Shown piece after piece: positions 30,289-32,000 of a stretch of DNA of 32,000 nucleotides; the stretch's first letter is position 1, and every line of letters begins with the position of its first letter. Source of the DNA: Candidatus Electronema halotolerans (GTDB taxonomy: Bacteria; Desulfobacterota; Desulfobulbia; Desulfobulbales; Desulfobulbaceae). The notes beneath the pieces are model-generated. The model ran no database searches. It worked only from the letters and a program-made list of their open reading frames with translations, and had not been told where the DNA came from. Location of the stretch: positions 60,001 to 92,000 of the forward strand of contig OW818675.1 in the NCBI GenBank assembly GCA_942493095.1, written 5' to 3'. The translations under genes were made by a program, and so were the position numbers.

Positions 30289-31215
30289 ATGGCTGTTTAT
30301 GTCACCGGGCACAAGAACCCGGACACTGATTCCGTAACCGCCGCCATTGCTTATGCCGAGCTGCTCAAAGCCAAAGGCACTGAGGCGATTGCCACCATGC
30401 AGGGCGAGATGAACCCGGAGACGCAGACTGTCCTCAACCGCTTCAAAACTGCCGCCCCGGAGATCATGACTGATGCCAGCGGCAAAACTATTGCCTTGGT
30501 TGATCACAGCGACCTCAAGCAGGCCCCGGACAACCTGAGCGCAGACAGCGTGATCGCCATTGTTGATCATCACAAGATCGGCGATGTGACCACCAACAAT
30601 CCGATTTTCTGCTATGTCAAGCCGGTCGGCTGCACCGGCACTGTCCTCAAGCAGCTCTACGATGCCGAGGGCGTGGCCATTCAGCCGCAGATCGCCGGCC
30701 TGATGATGTCCGCCATTCTCAGCGACACGGTCAACTTCAAGTCCCCGACCTGCACGGATGAGGACAAGAAGGCGGTTGCCGAGCTGAAGGCCATTGCTGC
30801 GGTCGAGGACACGGATGCGCTGTTCATGGAGATGCTGAAGGCGAAAAGCTCCATTGAAGGCGTTCCGGCCATGGACCTGCTCAACCGTGACTATAAAGAC
30901 TTTGACATGAAGGGCAAGACCATCGGCTGCGGCCAGCTGGAGCTTGCCAGCATTGATCAGGCCACGCCCGCCATCCGTGAGGCCCTGTACAAGGCCATGC
31001 AGGAGAAGAAGGCTGCAGGCGGCCAGCACACCATTCTGCTGATGCTGACTGACGTGGTTCAGGAAGGCACCGAGCTGATGGTGCTGTCTGATGACGCTTC
31101 CATCATCGAGGGCGCATTCAACACCAAGATGAGCGGCAATTCCATCTGGATTCCCGGCATGATGAGCCGCAAGAAGCAGACCATCCCCAACCTCCAGAAG
31201 GCGTTCGGCTGCTGA
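30289..31215 (+). CDS. ppaC: Manganese-dependent inorganic pyrophosphatase (DHH family)
   Basis: 'VTGHKNPDTDSVTAAIAYAELLK', 'LVDHSD', 'IVDHHKIG', 'AGLMMSAILSDTVNFKSPTCTDED', 'SRKKQTIPNLQKAF'. AGGAGG at 30277-30282. Confidence 0.96.
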   Translation: MAVYVTGHKNPDTDSVTAAIAYAELLKAKGTEAIATMQGEMNPETQTVLNRFKTAAPEIMTDASGKTIALVDHSDLKQAPDNLSADSVIAIVDHHKIGDVTTNNPIFCYVKPVGCTGTVLKQLYDAEGVAIQPQIAGLMMSAILSDTVNFKSPTCTDEDKKAVAELKAIAAVEDTDALFMEMLKAKSSIEGVPAMDLLNRDYKDFDMKGKTIGCGQLELASIDQATPAIREALYKAMQEKKAAGGQHTILLMLTDVVQEGTELMVLSDDASIIEGAFNTKMSGNSIWIPGMMSRKKQTIPNLQKAFGC

Positions 31216-31255
31216 TGCCTGCTGAACCGGAACCTTCATTCCGGCGGTGATGTGC

Positions 31256-31287
31256 AAAGGATCGGCGGCAGCGTCGATCCTTTTTTT
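31256..31287 (+). terminator. Rho-independent terminator after ppaC
   Basis: AAAGGATCG (31256-31264) pairs with CGATCCTTT (31275-31283), inside a run of 7 T (31281-31287). Confidence 0.85.
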
Positions 31288-31315
31288 CTTGCCCGCAATA
31301 ACGCACTGACACGCC

Positions 31316-32000
31316 ATGCCTGATCACAGCTATCGCCCCCTTTTTCCTCTTGGTCACGACCAGACCGCATACCGCCTGCTGGACGGCTCGGCCCGCTGGA
31401 TCAGCGCAGTGCCGTTTGCGGACACGGAAATCCTGAAGATTGCCCCGGAAGCCCTGCGCGAGCTGGCCCGCACAGCCCTGCGCGAGGTCTCCTTCTTTCT
31501 CCGGCCTGAGCATAACGAGCAATGCGCCGCCATTCTCAATGACCCGGCTGCCTCAGTCAATGACCGGGCCGTGGCTGTGGCTCTGCTCCGCAATGCCGAA
31601 ATTGCCGCCCAAGGCGTGCTGCCCCTGTGTCAGGACACCGGCACGGCAATAGTCATGGCCAAGAAGGGTCAGCAGGTCTGGACGGGCGGCGATGACGCAG
31701 CCCAGCTCAGTGCCGGGATTGCTGCCGCCTACTCTGAGGAGAACCTGCGCTATTCGCAGACTGCGGCCCTGAGCATGTACGAGGAAAGGAACACCGGCAG
31801 CAATCTGCCTGCCCAGATTGACATTGAGGCGGTCGCGGGCGACGAGTACCGCTTCCTCTTCATGGCCAAAGGCGGCGGTAGTGCCAACAAGACCTTTCTT
31901 TTCCAAGAGACCAAGGCCGTGCTCAACCCGTCAGCTTTGCAGGGTTTTCTCACCGAAAAGATGAAGAGTCTCGGCACTGCCGCCTGTCCGCCCTATCACT
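31316..32000 (+). CDS. Class I (Fe-S) fumarate hydratase, N-terminal part, truncated by window end
   Basis: Open frame from ATG 31316 to window end: '[27 protein letters not shown]', '[43 protein letters not shown]'. Confidence 0.93.
   Translation, partial: MPDHSYRPLFPLGHDQTAYRLLDGSARWISAVPFADTEILKIAPEALRELARTALREVSFFLRPEHNEQCAAILNDPAASVNDRAVAVALLRNAEIAAQGVLPLCQDTGTAIVMAKKGQQVWTGGDDAAQLSAGIAAAYSEENLRYSQTAALSMYEERNTGSNLPAQIDIEAVAGDEYRFLFMAKGGGSANKTFLFQETKAVLNPSALQGFLTEKMKSLGTAACPPYH

Noticed and set aside
30103-31317. 404-aa minus-strand ORF opposite ppaC
   Set aside because: ppaC has all DHH-family motifs on the plus strand; the antisense ORF has none.

Overview
The window is a dense, GC-rich bacterial chromosome segment. 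The MinD/MinE, delta-type SdhA and Mn-dependent PPase sequences suggest a Desulfobulbales-like deltaproteobacterium; this is inference only, as no search was run. Recognisable content: thioredoxin-fold protein; minD-minE-yraN; an orphan sdhA/frdA flavoprotein gene; a GT4 glycosyltransferase; a giant hybrid histidine kinase; a four-gene, ATGA-overlapping operon (corrinoid-binding protein, UroD-like methyltransferase, DUF1638-like/histidine kinase fusion, receiver-PAS-histidine kinase); an FAD/NAD(P) oxidoreductase; a TorD-chaperone/molybdopterin-oxidoreductase fusion; wzx-like flippase and wzc-like genes separated by an IS5-family element; a hicBA toxin-antitoxin module; an MGS-domain/amidohydrolase fusion; TPR and zinc-ribbon proteins; ppaC; and the 5' part of a class I fumarase. 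The best candidate for an undescribed system is the corrinoid/UroD/two-component operon at 10241-15626. It has no substrate:corrinoid methyltransferase in the window, its UroD-like protein lacks the canonical Zn motif, and it is coupled to two kinases, so it looks like a corrinoid-linked sensory or regulatory system. I could also resolve the exact ends of the IS (21348-22652, 1305 bp, 4-bp duplication CCAT), inserted exactly at the wzc stop/wzx start overlap. In addition, hicBA sits between 24-bp perfect direct repeats, one of them in the 3' end of the neighbouring amidohydrolase gene.
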